Virus record (IMG/VR): IMGVR_UViG_3300011559_000001 | Location: 96,001 to 160,000 of that record | Source: a virus | Taxonomy: Duplodnaviria > Caudoviricetes | Strand: one strand, 5' to 3' | DNA: 64,000 nt | In this document: positions 1 through 8,881 of the stretch, piece by piece | Numbering within the stretch: position 1 is the first letter of the stretch | How the letters are laid out: each line of letters starts with the position of its first letter | The notes under the pieces: generated by a model | Database searches by the model: none | The model's input: the letters and a program-made list of their open reading frames with translations, nothing else | Told to the model about the DNA's origin: nothing | Position numbers and translations under genes: made by a program

Positions 1-558
1 TTTGCTCCCTCGCCTTGGCGCCAGTACTGGGCCGTCAATGCACTGACTCCGGAAGTGAAGTACCTGGGTGAGTTCAGCGATCCGGCCGATGCCATGCAGG
101 CCCTGACGGACAGCGGGTTCCTGCATCGCGAGGAGATGTTCTTGGTCAACTGCACCGGCGCGGCCAACCTGCTGGTGTCTGGCAAGGAGCTGCAGGCCAT
201 CTACCAGCACCCGAAGGGTCACGTCGCCAGGGTCCACAACAACGTCACCCACGCCGACTCTGATCTGTTCTTCGAGGCCTCGGAAGATGAGGCGATGGCT
301 GTTGCCAAACAGCTGTTCAATAACGATGAAGAACAGATCTTCGTTGTGACCACTCGCGAACTGCGTAAGTGGGAAGACTACTCCCAACCGCAGCGCAAGT
401 ACATCGCCACGTTCGAACACTACAACCGTGGGTTCGGTAGCGGTGGCGGATGGAGCGTTGAAATCAAGGCCACCAGCGTGCGCGATGCACAGGACGTGGC
501 CGGTGGCCTCGACCTCCATCCCGACGATCACCTGATCAGCGTTGTCCCGGCCCCGTAA
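1..558 (+). CDS. Hypothetical protein, 5'-truncated by the window edge
   Basis: Frame 1 is open from base 1 to TAA at 556-558; phage-like codon usage; followed by a hairpin. Confidence 0.75.
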   Translation, partial: FAPSPWRQYWAVNALTPEVKYLGEFSDPADAMQALTDSGFLHREEMFLVNCTGAANLLVSGKELQAIYQHPKGHVARVHNNVTHADSDLFFEASEDEAMAVAKQLFNNDEEQIFVVTTRELRKWEDYSQPQRKYIATFEHYNRGFGSGGGWSVEIKATSVRDAQDVAGGLDLHPDDHLISVVPAP

Positions 559-562
559 GCGC

Positions 563-618
563 CATAAGCCCCCTGCCCGGTTGGGCAGGGGGCCATGTGC
601 CGCTGATCATTTTTTTTT
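563..618. terminator. Hairpin between convergent genes (CATA-flanked family), with a downstream T-run
   Basis: CATAA, then stem GCCCCCTGCCC / GGTT loop / GGGCAGGGGGC (568-593), then CATGTGC; T9 at 610-618. Confidence 0.75.
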
Positions 619-621
619 GCT

Positions 622-966
622 TTACACGACTAGGAGACTCGTCATCAGCACATACACCACCAGCATCGTCAGCTCACAGAGGAGGTGTTGATACAGCAGA
701 CGGTGCATCGGTGCTTCTCTCTCCATTACTGCGGTAGTGGCTGCGGCGGCGAACTCGATCAGCAAAACGACGCTCACTACCCCCAGCGGAAAATGACTCA
801 AGACGAACAGTGTGCCCACTGTCTCTGCCAAACAATGCATCACCAGGGCTACATACCAAAAGCGGTAGTTGTGCCGGCGCGCAGCACTGTAGCCAAAGTC
901 GATCACGTGGGCCAACAATCCATGCTTGAGCAGGAGGAGTCCTAGCAATCCAGCCCCTGTCATCAC
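622..966 (-). CDS. Small multi-pass membrane protein (possibly degenerate DUF3307-like)
   Basis: 114 aa with 3-4 hydrophobic segments and His residues spaced as H...DF...H...QH; GGAG upstream on the minus strand. Confidence 0.6.
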   Translation of the reverse strand: MMTGAGLLGLLLLKHGLLAHVIDFGYSAARRHNYRFWYVALVMHCLAETVGTLFVLSHFPLGVVSVVLLIEFAAAATTAVMEREAPMHRLLYQHLLCELTMLVVYVLMTSLLVV

Positions 967-1057
967 TAGCTCCTACGTAGATCAACGCCAATCGGTGCGA
1001 CAGGCCTAGTGTACCAATCTACATAGAATGTTCATCTAACTGATGAAAATCTCGCCA

Positions 1058-1098
1058 GCATAAACGGAGGACCCCGAAGGGTCCTCCGTGACTTATGC
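1058..1098. terminator. CATA-hairpin-TATG element at the end of the helicase gene
   Basis: GCATAA ACGGAGGACCC CGAA GGGTCCTCCGT GAC TTATGC; UUCG loop on the minus strand; the helicase stop codon is part of the flank. Confidence 0.8.
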
Positions 1099-2697
1099 CG
1101 CCAACCCGAAGGTCAGGTCACCACCGCTGGGAGCAAACCAGGGCGTTTCCTCACCGCTACCGATGGCACCGCCACCGGGCGTCTTACGGGACGTGTCAGC
1201 CTTGCCCAAGTCGTCGCGTACCGCACCTACCACCGAGAAGGGGAAGACGGTGTAGCGGAACTTGTGGGGCGTTGGGCGTGGCTTACGATGCTTACCACGC
1301 TGTACCGTGAGGTAGTCCTCACCGTTGACCTTCTCGATATGGACGAAGATCTCCAGATCGACCTCCTGATCCACGGTACCGCAGCTGTCGTAATAGCCCT
1401 TGCCTTCCAGATGCTTGACGAACTCGTTGACGCCAGCACGCACCATCTTCTTGGCTTCAGTGGACAGCTGAGCCGGAGTGATGAACGTGATGCCACGCGG
1501 AGCCATGAAGTTACGGACACGGCGGAACAGATCGCGCACTTCCGAACCGGTGGGACCGCCTTGCTGGCAACCGGCCTTGGAGCACATGTTCAGGTAGTCA
1601 AACACGATGGCATGGATCTCGTAGCCCATGGTCTCGTATTGGGTGACCATGTCGCAGATGGACTGGTAGGTCGTGGTGGACGGATCGCAGCGACCCATTT
1701 CCACGGTGTAGCCATTGACCTGCATACGCTCGGAGATGTACTCCTGCGCCTTGGCGATAGCTTCCAGTCGCTGTTCCAACGGGATGTTGGGATCCTTGAA
1801 CTGGTTTTCATCCGCCGGCTGACCGGTCTCGTTCTCGTACAGGCTGACGTACAGCTGCACGATGTTCATGTGCAACTCATTCTCAGCGGAGATATGAATG
1901 AGTAGCGGCTTCTTGGTGGGGTCACGCATGTGGGGCGTGTTGTACAGCGCCAGATGCTTGAACAGGTTCAGGGTAAAGCCGGTCTTGTAGTTGTGCTGCA
2001 GTGCGCCGACCAAGACGAACTCACCACGACGGAAACCGCCGTGATCGCCCAACATGCGATTGATGGCTTGGTAGCCCGTTTTGAGGATACCTTCAAGTGA
2101 GGTTTCCTCAGCTGCCCGCAGGATCAGAGATCGCATCCCGTCGCCGTCGGACAGGTTGATCATCTGCAACATGCCGGCGACCTTGAACTCTTCGGCCGTG
2201 TTGTTGCGGAACGGCTCGAGCTTGGTATTGAGCTCGGTGATCACATTACGCCAGTCCACGGTCTCCGGGCGGAAGTTGACCGTCGAGGAGTACTGCTTCA
2301 GGATTTCCTGAATGTTTGTCTGATTGATATGATCGCGCAGTTCGCAACGCAGCTGCATGCACTGCTTCTTCAGGCGCAACAGATCCGGTTCATCGTCCAC
2401 GCCTGCCTCAAAGGCGTAGTACAGGGCCTCATCATCCGCCGTATTTACCCGTATCCTTTGAAGGACACTTGCACGGTCCATCTCTTCGCCCGGTGCGAAG
2501 TCAGACATCCATGCAACGGTCATGCGCAGGGACTGCAGCGTTTCACGGCTGCGGTCCAGATCCATGGTGGTCTCCGGGATCTTGATACCGGCGATGACTT
2601 CCTTAACGAGATTGGCGGAGTGGACCGTTGGGTCTTTGAGCTGGCCCTCTTTATAGAGCAGCGTGGCAATCTTGACCAAAAGCAGTTTCGGGTCCAT
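1093..2697 (-). CDS. DnaB-like replicative helicase (phiKZ gp118-like)
   Basis: Start MDPKLLLVK at 2697; GGFRRGE followed by the variant Walker A GALQHNYKT; Walker B IVFDYL; TPAQLS; QEVDLE and RGKHR arginine-finger region; lies just before the capsid gene. Confidence 0.9.
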   Translation of the reverse strand: MDPKLLLVKIATLLYKEGQLKDPTVHSANLVKEVIAGIKIPETTMDLDRSRETLQSLRMTVAWMSDFAPGEEMDRASVLQRIRVNTADDEALYYAFEAGVDDEPDLLRLKKQCMQLRCELRDHINQTNIQEILKQYSSTVNFRPETVDWRNVITELNTKLEPFRNNTAEEFKVAGMLQMINLSDGDGMRSLILRAAEETSLEGILKTGYQAINRMLGDHGGFRRGEFVLVGALQHNYKTGFTLNLFKHLALYNTPHMRDPTKKPLLIHISAENELHMNIVQLYVSLYENETGQPADENQFKDPNIPLEQRLEAIAKAQEYISERMQVNGYTVEMGRCDPSTTTYQSICDMVTQYETMGYEIHAIVFDYLNMCSKAGCQQGGPTGSEVRDLFRRVRNFMAPRGITFITPAQLSTEAKKMVRAGVNEFVKHLEGKGYYDSCGTVDQEVDLEIFVHIEKVNGEDYLTVQRGKHRKPRPTPHKFRYTVFPFSVVGAVRDDLGKADTSRKTPGGGAIGSGEETPWFAPSGGDLTFGLAA

Positions 2698-2728
2698 TTC
2701 TTCTCTTTCCAGACCAAAAGGGTTTCGT

Positions 2729-3256
2729 ATGAAAATCGTGTACGTTCCACAAGCACTGTATCCCGCGCTCAAGAAGGCTGAACTTCGAGCGCAAGATCTG
2801 TGTGACGTGGAGAAGTTGTTGAGCACACTATCGGCCGACGACGTAGCTTTTTATTTCGCCGCCAATGACTCCCGTCGCTGCCCGATCCCCAAGCCGCTGC
2901 AGGAGTACTTGCCCAATCTGATCTTCGGCGGGGCCATGCCCTGGACCGATACGGAAGACTGCAAGAAGGTGGTCGGCAAGTTCAACAGCACCAATGCCAA
3001 CGGCCGAATGGCTGATATGTATGAAGACGGTGCTGTCCTCACCAGCGATTGCTCGGAAGAGGACCTGCTCATCATCACCCACGTGGCCACCGACGCCGAA
3101 GTGGATGAAAAAGCACCGCAGAATGACAAGGTATTCTATGACCGAGTTATTCAGCAGTTGCTGGCCTTCCAACCGCTTGAGGCAGTGCTGGGTTCGCCCG
3201 TGCTGTTGGCGTGGATGAAGTCGGTTCAGGCGTGCGCGAAATCCCCAATCGCGTAA
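2729..3256 (+). CDS. Hypothetical protein (phiKZ gp119 position)
   Basis: ATG at 2729 (MKIVYVPQ); syntenic position between helicase and capsid gene. Confidence 0.7.
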   Translation: MKIVYVPQALYPALKKAELRAQDLCDVEKLLSTLSADDVAFYFAANDSRRCPIPKPLQEYLPNLIFGGAMPWTDTEDCKKVVGKFNSTNANGRMADMYEDGAVLTSDCSEEDLLIITHVATDAEVDEKAPQNDKVFYDRVIQQLLAFQPLEAVLGSPVLLAWMKSVQACAKSPIA

Positions 3257-3330
3257 GCCTTCAGAAATCGCTGTAAACATTTGCCTAATGATTTGGTAGT
3301 TGTTTTTCTACCGGGGCCCGTCCCCGCGTG

Positions 3331-3334
3331 TATG
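3331..3334 (+). promoter_or_regulatory. Candidate late-promoter core TATG upstream of the capsid gene
   Basis: phiKZ nvRNAP late promoters carry TATG at the start site; this is the TATG in the intergenic region before the capsid gene. A 4-mer alone is weak evidence. Confidence 0.4.
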
Positions 3335-3514
3335 TTTACCCCGTGCGTGAGTACGTATTTACGTACACGTTAACAACGTGCCCCTCGTTAGAGAAAGTGG
3401 TGGTCTTGTAGATTGCCTGCCTTGATGGCAGCCAGCTTAAGACCCCATCATTTGTTAAGCGGTGGGGAATTAGGCTACTACTGCTACCCAAACACACATC
3501 AAGGATACAAAGAA

Positions 3515-5788
3515 ATGTCTCTGAAGCTCAAGAGCCGTGGCGCTGCCCCGCTGACCCAGCTGGCTCAGTCGCTGGGTTCCATCATGAAGAACAACGGCGA
3601 GGACTTCGTCTCCGGCCGCTCGACCCAGCAGCTGGTCTCGCTGGAAAGCATGAACGAACACGAAGTCGCCTCGCTGAACACCAGCTTCGACAACGTCCGC
3701 AATACCCTGAAGGGTGAGCTGGCCAAGCATCGCTCGCTGGGCCTCAGCTTCGGCCTGGAATCGCGCGAAGGCGCCAGCCAGGAAGAGATCCTGGAAGCCC
3801 AGAAGCGCCTGGACGTCGCCCTCGACGCCGGTGCAATGGCCGCCATGGCTGCCGGTGCTCCGGAAGCCTACGCCAATGCCGGCTACCACAATGGCCCGGC
3901 CGCCGAGAAGGGCGTGACCGTCGTTGACACCCTGGCCGGCGACGGCGTGGTGGGCATGGACTACCGCGGCACCGTCGCGATGGAAGCCTTCAACGAGCGC
4001 GAGCTGCGCGACCACCTCCCGTTCTCGATCCTGTTCAACATCTTCGCCTCGCGCCAGGATGACTTCAGCGAGATGTTCTTCCCGACCACCGTCGTTCCGC
4101 CGGACCAGGCTGGTCTGGACGTGACCGTGGCCCGCATGCAGGTCTTCAACGAAGTCCGCCACAGCTCGACCGGCAACAAGATCGACTTCGGCAAGCGCAA
4201 CCTGATCGACGCCGCCGTCGACCACACCATCCTGGCCGATGAGCACACCCGCCTGATCCCGGTCGTGCAGCAGGACGGCTCCAACGCCGACAAGTTCGTC
4301 GACGCCGCCGTGCTGGCTCCGTTCACCTTCCGCCTGGCGCAGCACGACGTGCCGACCTCGGCGCTGAAGCTGGACCAGACCGTCGACCTGCTGGGCATCT
4401 CCCAGTTCCAGCCGCTGCTGGGCGCTGGCGTGATCGACCACTCCGACGACGTCGATCGTCGCGTGGCCCTGGACGAAGTGTTCCTGCAGGCCGGCGCCAA
4501 CGGCAAGGCCATCGCCTTCCAGGTCAACCGCCTGGCTCGTACCCAGTTCAACAAGACCGTCGAAGGCAACAACCAGGTCCTGGGCCTGCAGTTCACCTCG
4601 CAGGATCTGGTGATCGACAAGGACACCAAGGCTGCTGACGGTTCGACCGTTGCTGCGTTCGCCACCATCGCCGGCGGCGAGTACACCGTGCGCCTGTCCG
4701 TCATGATGGGCGGTGAGTTCAACATCGAAATGGGCAACGTCAACGTCTTCGGTTCGAAGGTCGGCGTGGCTTCGGTGCAGGACAAGAACGGCAACGTGAT
4801 CCCGACCGGTTCGGGCGCTGGTGCCACCATCGTCGCCGACCTGGCCGCGCTGGGCATCGTGGGCTACACCCTGCGTGCCAACCGCTCCAACGCCAACAAG
4901 CGCACCCGTGGTCACCTGCTGGACACCGTGTTCGAAACCCAGCGTTACACCATCCCGCTGGGCAGCCCGCTGTCCATCACCTCCCCGGTGAGCGGCGACG
5001 GTGGCCGTGATGCGGCCGACCAGAAGGCCCTGATTGCCGCTGCGCGCATGCGCAACAGCAACAACGCCGTGACCGCGATCTTCGCCATCGCTGACCAGCT
5101 GCGCGAAGTGACCAAGGGTCCGAAGCTGCCGGCCGGTGCACAGACCGGTGTGGGTGGCCTGGGTCGTTACCTGGTCGACAGCTTCTTCGAGGAGCACGAT
5201 CTGGACCTGGTCCAGTCGATCAACTCGATCAAGTCGCAGGACCGTGCGCAGGACATCTCGAGCGTGCTGGTTTCGGCCATCCGCGACATCGCCTACCGCA
5301 TGTACCAGCAGACCAAGATCCAGCCGGCCATCGATGCTCTGACCGGCGTCGCCGGCGAAGCTCCGATCCTGCTGGTCGGTACCGATCAGATCCTGATCCG
5401 TCACCTGCTGGTCAACGGCGACAGCCGCACCTTCGGCACCGTGTTCGACAAGGCCGTTGTCAAGGCCTCGACCGACCGCCGCATGTACGGCAAGATCGTG
5501 ATCTCGATGACCCGTTCGGGCGCCGAAGGTCCGGATCCGCTCACCTTCGGTACCCACGGCTGGATGTCGGAACTGATCGCCACCATGCCGATCAGCCGCA
5601 ACGGCCAGACCTCGAAGGAAGCGACCGTCCAGCCGCGTACGCTGCACATCAACAACCTGCCGGTGCTGGCCATCATCACCGTGAAGGGCCTGACCAAGGT
5701 CCTGGTCGACCGCACTGCCACCCCGCCGCTGGCGCAGGCTGGCGTGAAGAACGTCTACCTGGACGGCCTGAAGTACCCGACCATCTAA
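3515..5788 (+). CDS. Major capsid protein (phiKZ gp120-like)
   Basis: 757 aa from MSLKLK; very strong codon bias; N-terminal propeptide with prohead-protease S/A/G-x-E sites (SLE-S, GLE-S, AME-A); RQDDFSEMFFPT and VQPRTLHINNLPV motifs; strong hairpin downstream. Confidence 0.92.
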   Translation: MSLKLKSRGAAPLTQLAQSLGSIMKNNGEDFVSGRSTQQLVSLESMNEHEVASLNTSFDNVRNTLKGELAKHRSLGLSFGLESREGASQEEILEAQKRLDVALDAGAMAAMAAGAPEAYANAGYHNGPAAEKGVTVVDTLAGDGVVGMDYRGTVAMEAFNERELRDHLPFSILFNIFASRQDDFSEMFFPTTVVPPDQAGLDVTVARMQVFNEVRHSSTGNKIDFGKRNLIDAAVDHTILADEHTRLIPVVQQDGSNADKFVDAAVLAPFTFRLAQHDVPTSALKLDQTVDLLGISQFQPLLGAGVIDHSDDVDRRVALDEVFLQAGANGKAIAFQVNRLARTQFNKTVEGNNQVLGLQFTSQDLVIDKDTKAADGSTVAAFATIAGGEYTVRLSVMMGGEFNIEMGNVNVFGSKVGVASVQDKNGNVIPTGSGAGATIVADLAALGIVGYTLRANRSNANKRTRGHLLDTVFETQRYTIPLGSPLSITSPVSGDGGRDAADQKALIAAARMRNSNNAVTAIFAIADQLREVTKGPKLPAGAQTGVGGLGRYLVDSFFEEHDLDLVQSINSIKSQDRAQDISSVLVSAIRDIAYRMYQQTKIQPAIDALTGVAGEAPILLVGTDQILIRHLLVNGDSRTFGTVFDKAVVKASTDRRMYGKIVISMTRSGAEGPDPLTFGTHGWMSELIATMPISRNGQTSKEATVQPRTLHINNLPVLAIITVKGLTKVLVDRTATPPLAQAGVKNVYLDGLKYPTI

Positions 5789-5843
5789 TCGATGGCCGAG
5801 CTTCTCGCTAAGGCGCGTTTCCGCGAGTAGTAGCCTACAACCG

Positions 5844-5882
5844 GACATACTCCCCCCAGCCTTCGGGCTGGGGGGTTTATGC
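5844..5882 (+). terminator. CATA-hairpin-TATG element after the capsid gene
   Basis: GACATACT CCCCCCAGCC TTCG GGCTGGGGGG TTTATGC. Confidence 0.85.
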
Positions 5883-5970
5883 TGTCCACTGAAAAACGTT
5901 TCGCAACTATACTATCCTTGAGTGTAGCCATCCCCGGTTATGCAGCAAAGGACCCGAGAAGACTTACTCG

Positions 5971-7191
5971 ATGGGAAACTCTATTCCTCAACCATATCGC
6001 AACTACCGTACGCAGGTAGTGCCCGCCACTGGAGGGCATGACGGCTATGTCCCCGGCTCGGCGGAGTTGGGGTATCAGTTCATCAACTACCTGCATCGCC
6101 CAGTAACCGTACTCCTACGTACGGGCGTCCGGATGATCATTCCCTATAAGCCCGCAGTTCGCCCTATTCATACACGGCAAGGGAAGAAACAGACCGTCCC
6201 GCTAGGCGAGAATACCCCGCGCTTTATCATTCGTGTCAAGATCAACACGTGCAATGACGTAAACCTTGACACAACCGAGCTATCCAATGACCAAGGGCGC
6301 GCAACATCAGTTGAGGCGCAGGCCTATCTGGACTCGATTCAGATTTCGGAAGGTAAAATCATCCGAAGGACTGAGACGACCGCCTGGGTCGAATACCACA
6401 TTCCGGCAGAGGACTTCGATGCCAACGGTGGTGTGCTGTACCTGCAGAACATCGATCTGCTGGTCAGTGTATTGGATCAAGCATCAACCGCACCGCATCC
6501 TCACTCAGTGCAGGGTCGACGCGATCGTGACGCCTATGACTTCAAGACGGAAATGGCCCCCAAGGGGCTGTTCTATGGCGTCTACATCCGAGACAGCGAT
6601 CGGCAGTACGGATCGCGTTTCATCAACATCAACGGAACGGTGTACGGTGTGCCGGTTTTGGCCGGCACAGGGGAAGATCCCGATGGCGTGTATTGCGTAA
6701 CGTCCGGGCGTACAACCTCTGAGTTCGTTCCGCAGCGAATCCTGACCGAGTACTACTCGTTTGAAGACGCTGATACCAAGCTGGGCCTTTATCAGACCTA
6801 CAACGAAGCGTTGACCTTGGGCAAACCTGAGGAGCGCTTCAAGCAGCAATATGATGAACGGGTCCAGAAGTTGAAGTTGGATGAACTGCAGTTTAAGGAA
6901 GAGCGGGTGGCAGCAGAGCGTGAGTTTGAGCAGCAGCGTGACGCCTACAAGCGTGCACAGCTGAACTTGGACTTTGAGCTCAAGCGTCTGGACCAGAACA
7001 ACCGACTGTACGTGGCTGAACTGGAACGTAGGGAACAGATGAACCGTCACCAGATGATGGTCCTCAAAGAGATGATCGAGCTCAACGGGCACAACCGTCG
7101 GGAGTCCACCGAGATTCTCAAGCTGATTCCTACGCTGTTGACAACGGTGGCCACTTATGTGGCTGCGTACAAGAAAATCAAATCTCTGTAG
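5971..7191 (+). CDS. Conserved jumbo-phage protein with C-terminal coiled coil (phiKZ gp122 position)
   Basis: 406 aa ORF; E/Q/R-rich heptad region near the C-terminus; lies just upstream of the RNAP subunit. Confidence 0.75.
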   Translation: MGNSIPQPYRNYRTQVVPATGGHDGYVPGSAELGYQFINYLHRPVTVLLRTGVRMIIPYKPAVRPIHTRQGKKQTVPLGENTPRFIIRVKINTCNDVNLDTTELSNDQGRATSVEAQAYLDSIQISEGKIIRRTETTAWVEYHIPAEDFDANGGVLYLQNIDLLVSVLDQASTAPHPHSVQGRRDRDAYDFKTEMAPKGLFYGVYIRDSDRQYGSRFININGTVYGVPVLAGTGEDPDGVYCVTSGRTTSEFVPQRILTEYYSFEDADTKLGLYQTYNEALTLGKPEERFKQQYDERVQKLKLDELQFKEERVAAEREFEQQRDAYKRAQLNLDFELKRLDQNNRLYVAELERREQMNRHQMMVLKEMIELNGHNRRESTEILKLIPTLLTTVATYVAAYKKIKSL

Positions 7192-7210
7192 TAAGACAAT
7201 CGAGGGCTTA

Positions 7211-8836
7211 ATGGACAGTCATCTGTTCGATCTGATCGATCGCGATCACATCCCCCACTTCAACCGCCGTATCGTCGATGGACTGGCGACGGAGGAGATG
7301 AAGCGCACTGAGGCGTATCTGACTCAGGTCTTCCGCACGGCTATGGCCGAGCTGAGTCCGGAGCTGACGTTCAAGGGGCTGGTGCGCTGCAGTGATCGTG
7401 AAGAGTACAACGAGGTGGTGCGGCGCGTGGGAATGCGCAACACCATCGAACATGCCCGCAGTGACATGTACATGGTCAAGGTGATGATGGACCTCAACGG
7501 CGAACCGCTCCCGCCGCGGTACCTGTTGTTGCCCTTCTGCCGTCGTGGCGGACTGATCACCATCCGTGGTTCGGACTTTGCGATCTCCCCGGTGATGGCT
7601 GACAAGGCCATCTCGGTGGGCCACAACTACATCTTCATCCCGATGGCCTGGGACCGGATGAACTTCTACCGGACCCCGCAGTACTTCTACGCCAACGAGA
7701 AGCAAGAAGTGGTTGACGTGGTGTGGTCCAAGATCCACCACTACAAGCTCAAGGCTCGTCGCACCAACTCCAAGATGGACGTGCGGGCCAACACGGTGCT
7801 GCCGCATTACCTGTTTGCCAAGTACGGTCTGACCCGAGTGTTCTCGGAGATGGCCAACACGCAGGTGGTGTGTGGCAGTAGCCAGGAGATCAACACCGCA
7901 ACCTATCCGCCCAGCGAGTGGGTGATCTGCCGGTCGACGATGTACAAGCCGCGCACGGTCAAGGACAAGAACTACGTCGGACCGGACGTGCGGCTGGCCA
8001 TCCCGCTCAAGGACTGGAATGCGTCGATCGCCTCGCTGGTGGCCGGCTTCTTCTACGTAGCGGACTTCTTCCCGGACCGTGTTACCCCGGATGACGTCGA
8101 TGAGCCGCGCCTGTGGCGTATCCTGCTGGGGTACATGATCTTCGGACCGGGCCACAGTGAAGGTAAGCTGGCAGAAGACATCAACATCCACATGGGGTCG
8201 CTGGACAACTACGTGGAATCCCAGACGCGTCAGCGACTGGAAGATGTCCGGGTGTACGTGGAAGACATCTATCAGCTGTTCATGCACCTGATCGAGAACT
8301 TCGACAACTACATCAGCCAGTCCACCACGAACCTGTCCAGCAGTTTCGGCAAGCGCCTGATGGTGTTGCCGTACGCGCTGTCGGATCTGACCTGGGCCAT
8401 CCACCGCTTCATGTTCACCGCCACGTCCCAGCGCAAGCGTAAGCCGCTGACCAAGGACGATGTGCTGAAGATCCTCAACAAGACGCTCAAGACCAACACC
8501 GCGTTCAAGATGAACAAGCAGCACGGCGAAGTGACGCCGGTGGCTGTGCCGGGCGACAACCTGTACTTCAAGGTGACCTCCCACGTGGTGTTGCAGGAAC
8601 TGTCCTCTGGCGGTCGCGCCAAGACGCGCTCCTCCACGGACGATCCGTCCAAGGTCCTGCACGTCTCCGTTGCCGTGGCAGGCAGCTACAACACGATGGG
8701 TAAGGCAGAGCCGACTGGCCGCGCCAAACTCAACCCGTGCACGCCGCTGTCCACCTACGACAACGAAATCCTCGAAAATGCCGCGCTGGTCAACATCACT
8801 CGCCCGACGCAGGCGATGATCCAGCGTGATTCCTAA
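7211..8836 (+). CDS. Non-virion RNA polymerase beta-type subunit (phiKZ gp123-like)
   Basis: Start MDSHL after GAGGG; ARSDMYMVK...YLLLPF...GLITIRGS..ISPVMADK and C-terminal PTGRAKLNP motifs; about 540 aa; synteny. Confidence 0.85.
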   Translation: MDSHLFDLIDRDHIPHFNRRIVDGLATEEMKRTEAYLTQVFRTAMAELSPELTFKGLVRCSDREEYNEVVRRVGMRNTIEHARSDMYMVKVMMDLNGEPLPPRYLLLPFCRRGGLITIRGSDFAISPVMADKAISVGHNYIFIPMAWDRMNFYRTPQYFYANEKQEVVDVVWSKIHHYKLKARRTNSKMDVRANTVLPHYLFAKYGLTRVFSEMANTQVVCGSSQEINTATYPPSEWVICRSTMYKPRTVKDKNYVGPDVRLAIPLKDWNASIASLVAGFFYVADFFPDRVTPDDVDEPRLWRILLGYMIFGPGHSEGKLAEDINIHMGSLDNYVESQTRQRLEDVRVYVEDIYQLFMHLIENFDNYISQSTTNLSSSFGKRLMVLPYALSDLTWAIHRFMFTATSQRKRKPLTKDDVLKILNKTLKTNTAFKMNKQHGEVTPVAVPGDNLYFKVTSHVVLQELSSGGRAKTRSSTDDPSKVLHVSVAVAGSYNTMGKAEPTGRAKLNPCTPLSTYDNEILENAALVNITRPTQAMIQRDS

Positions 8837-8881
8837 ACCGAAGGTGCCCCAGAGCACCGCCGCCTACCAGGAGATCCACTC

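Noticed and set aside
1093-2697. Degenerate Walker A suggesting a helicase pseudogene
   Set aside because: The ORF is intact, and GALQHNxK is, as I recall, the normal variant in phiKZ-like DnaB homologues.
3415-3445. ATGGCAGCCAGC resembling the 3' end of a c-di-GMP-I riboswitch
   Set aside because: The upstream GGCAAA...GAAA...ACGCAAA elements are absent; probably coincidental.
3470-5848. Long antisense ORFs mirroring real genes (also 7208-8857, 8864-10972, 12346-14541, 23471-26809, 30572-33691, 43396-46836, 56224-57978)
   Set aside because: Shadow frames caused by strong codon bias of the sense genes; no RBS or motifs, and V/G/D/H-skewed composition.
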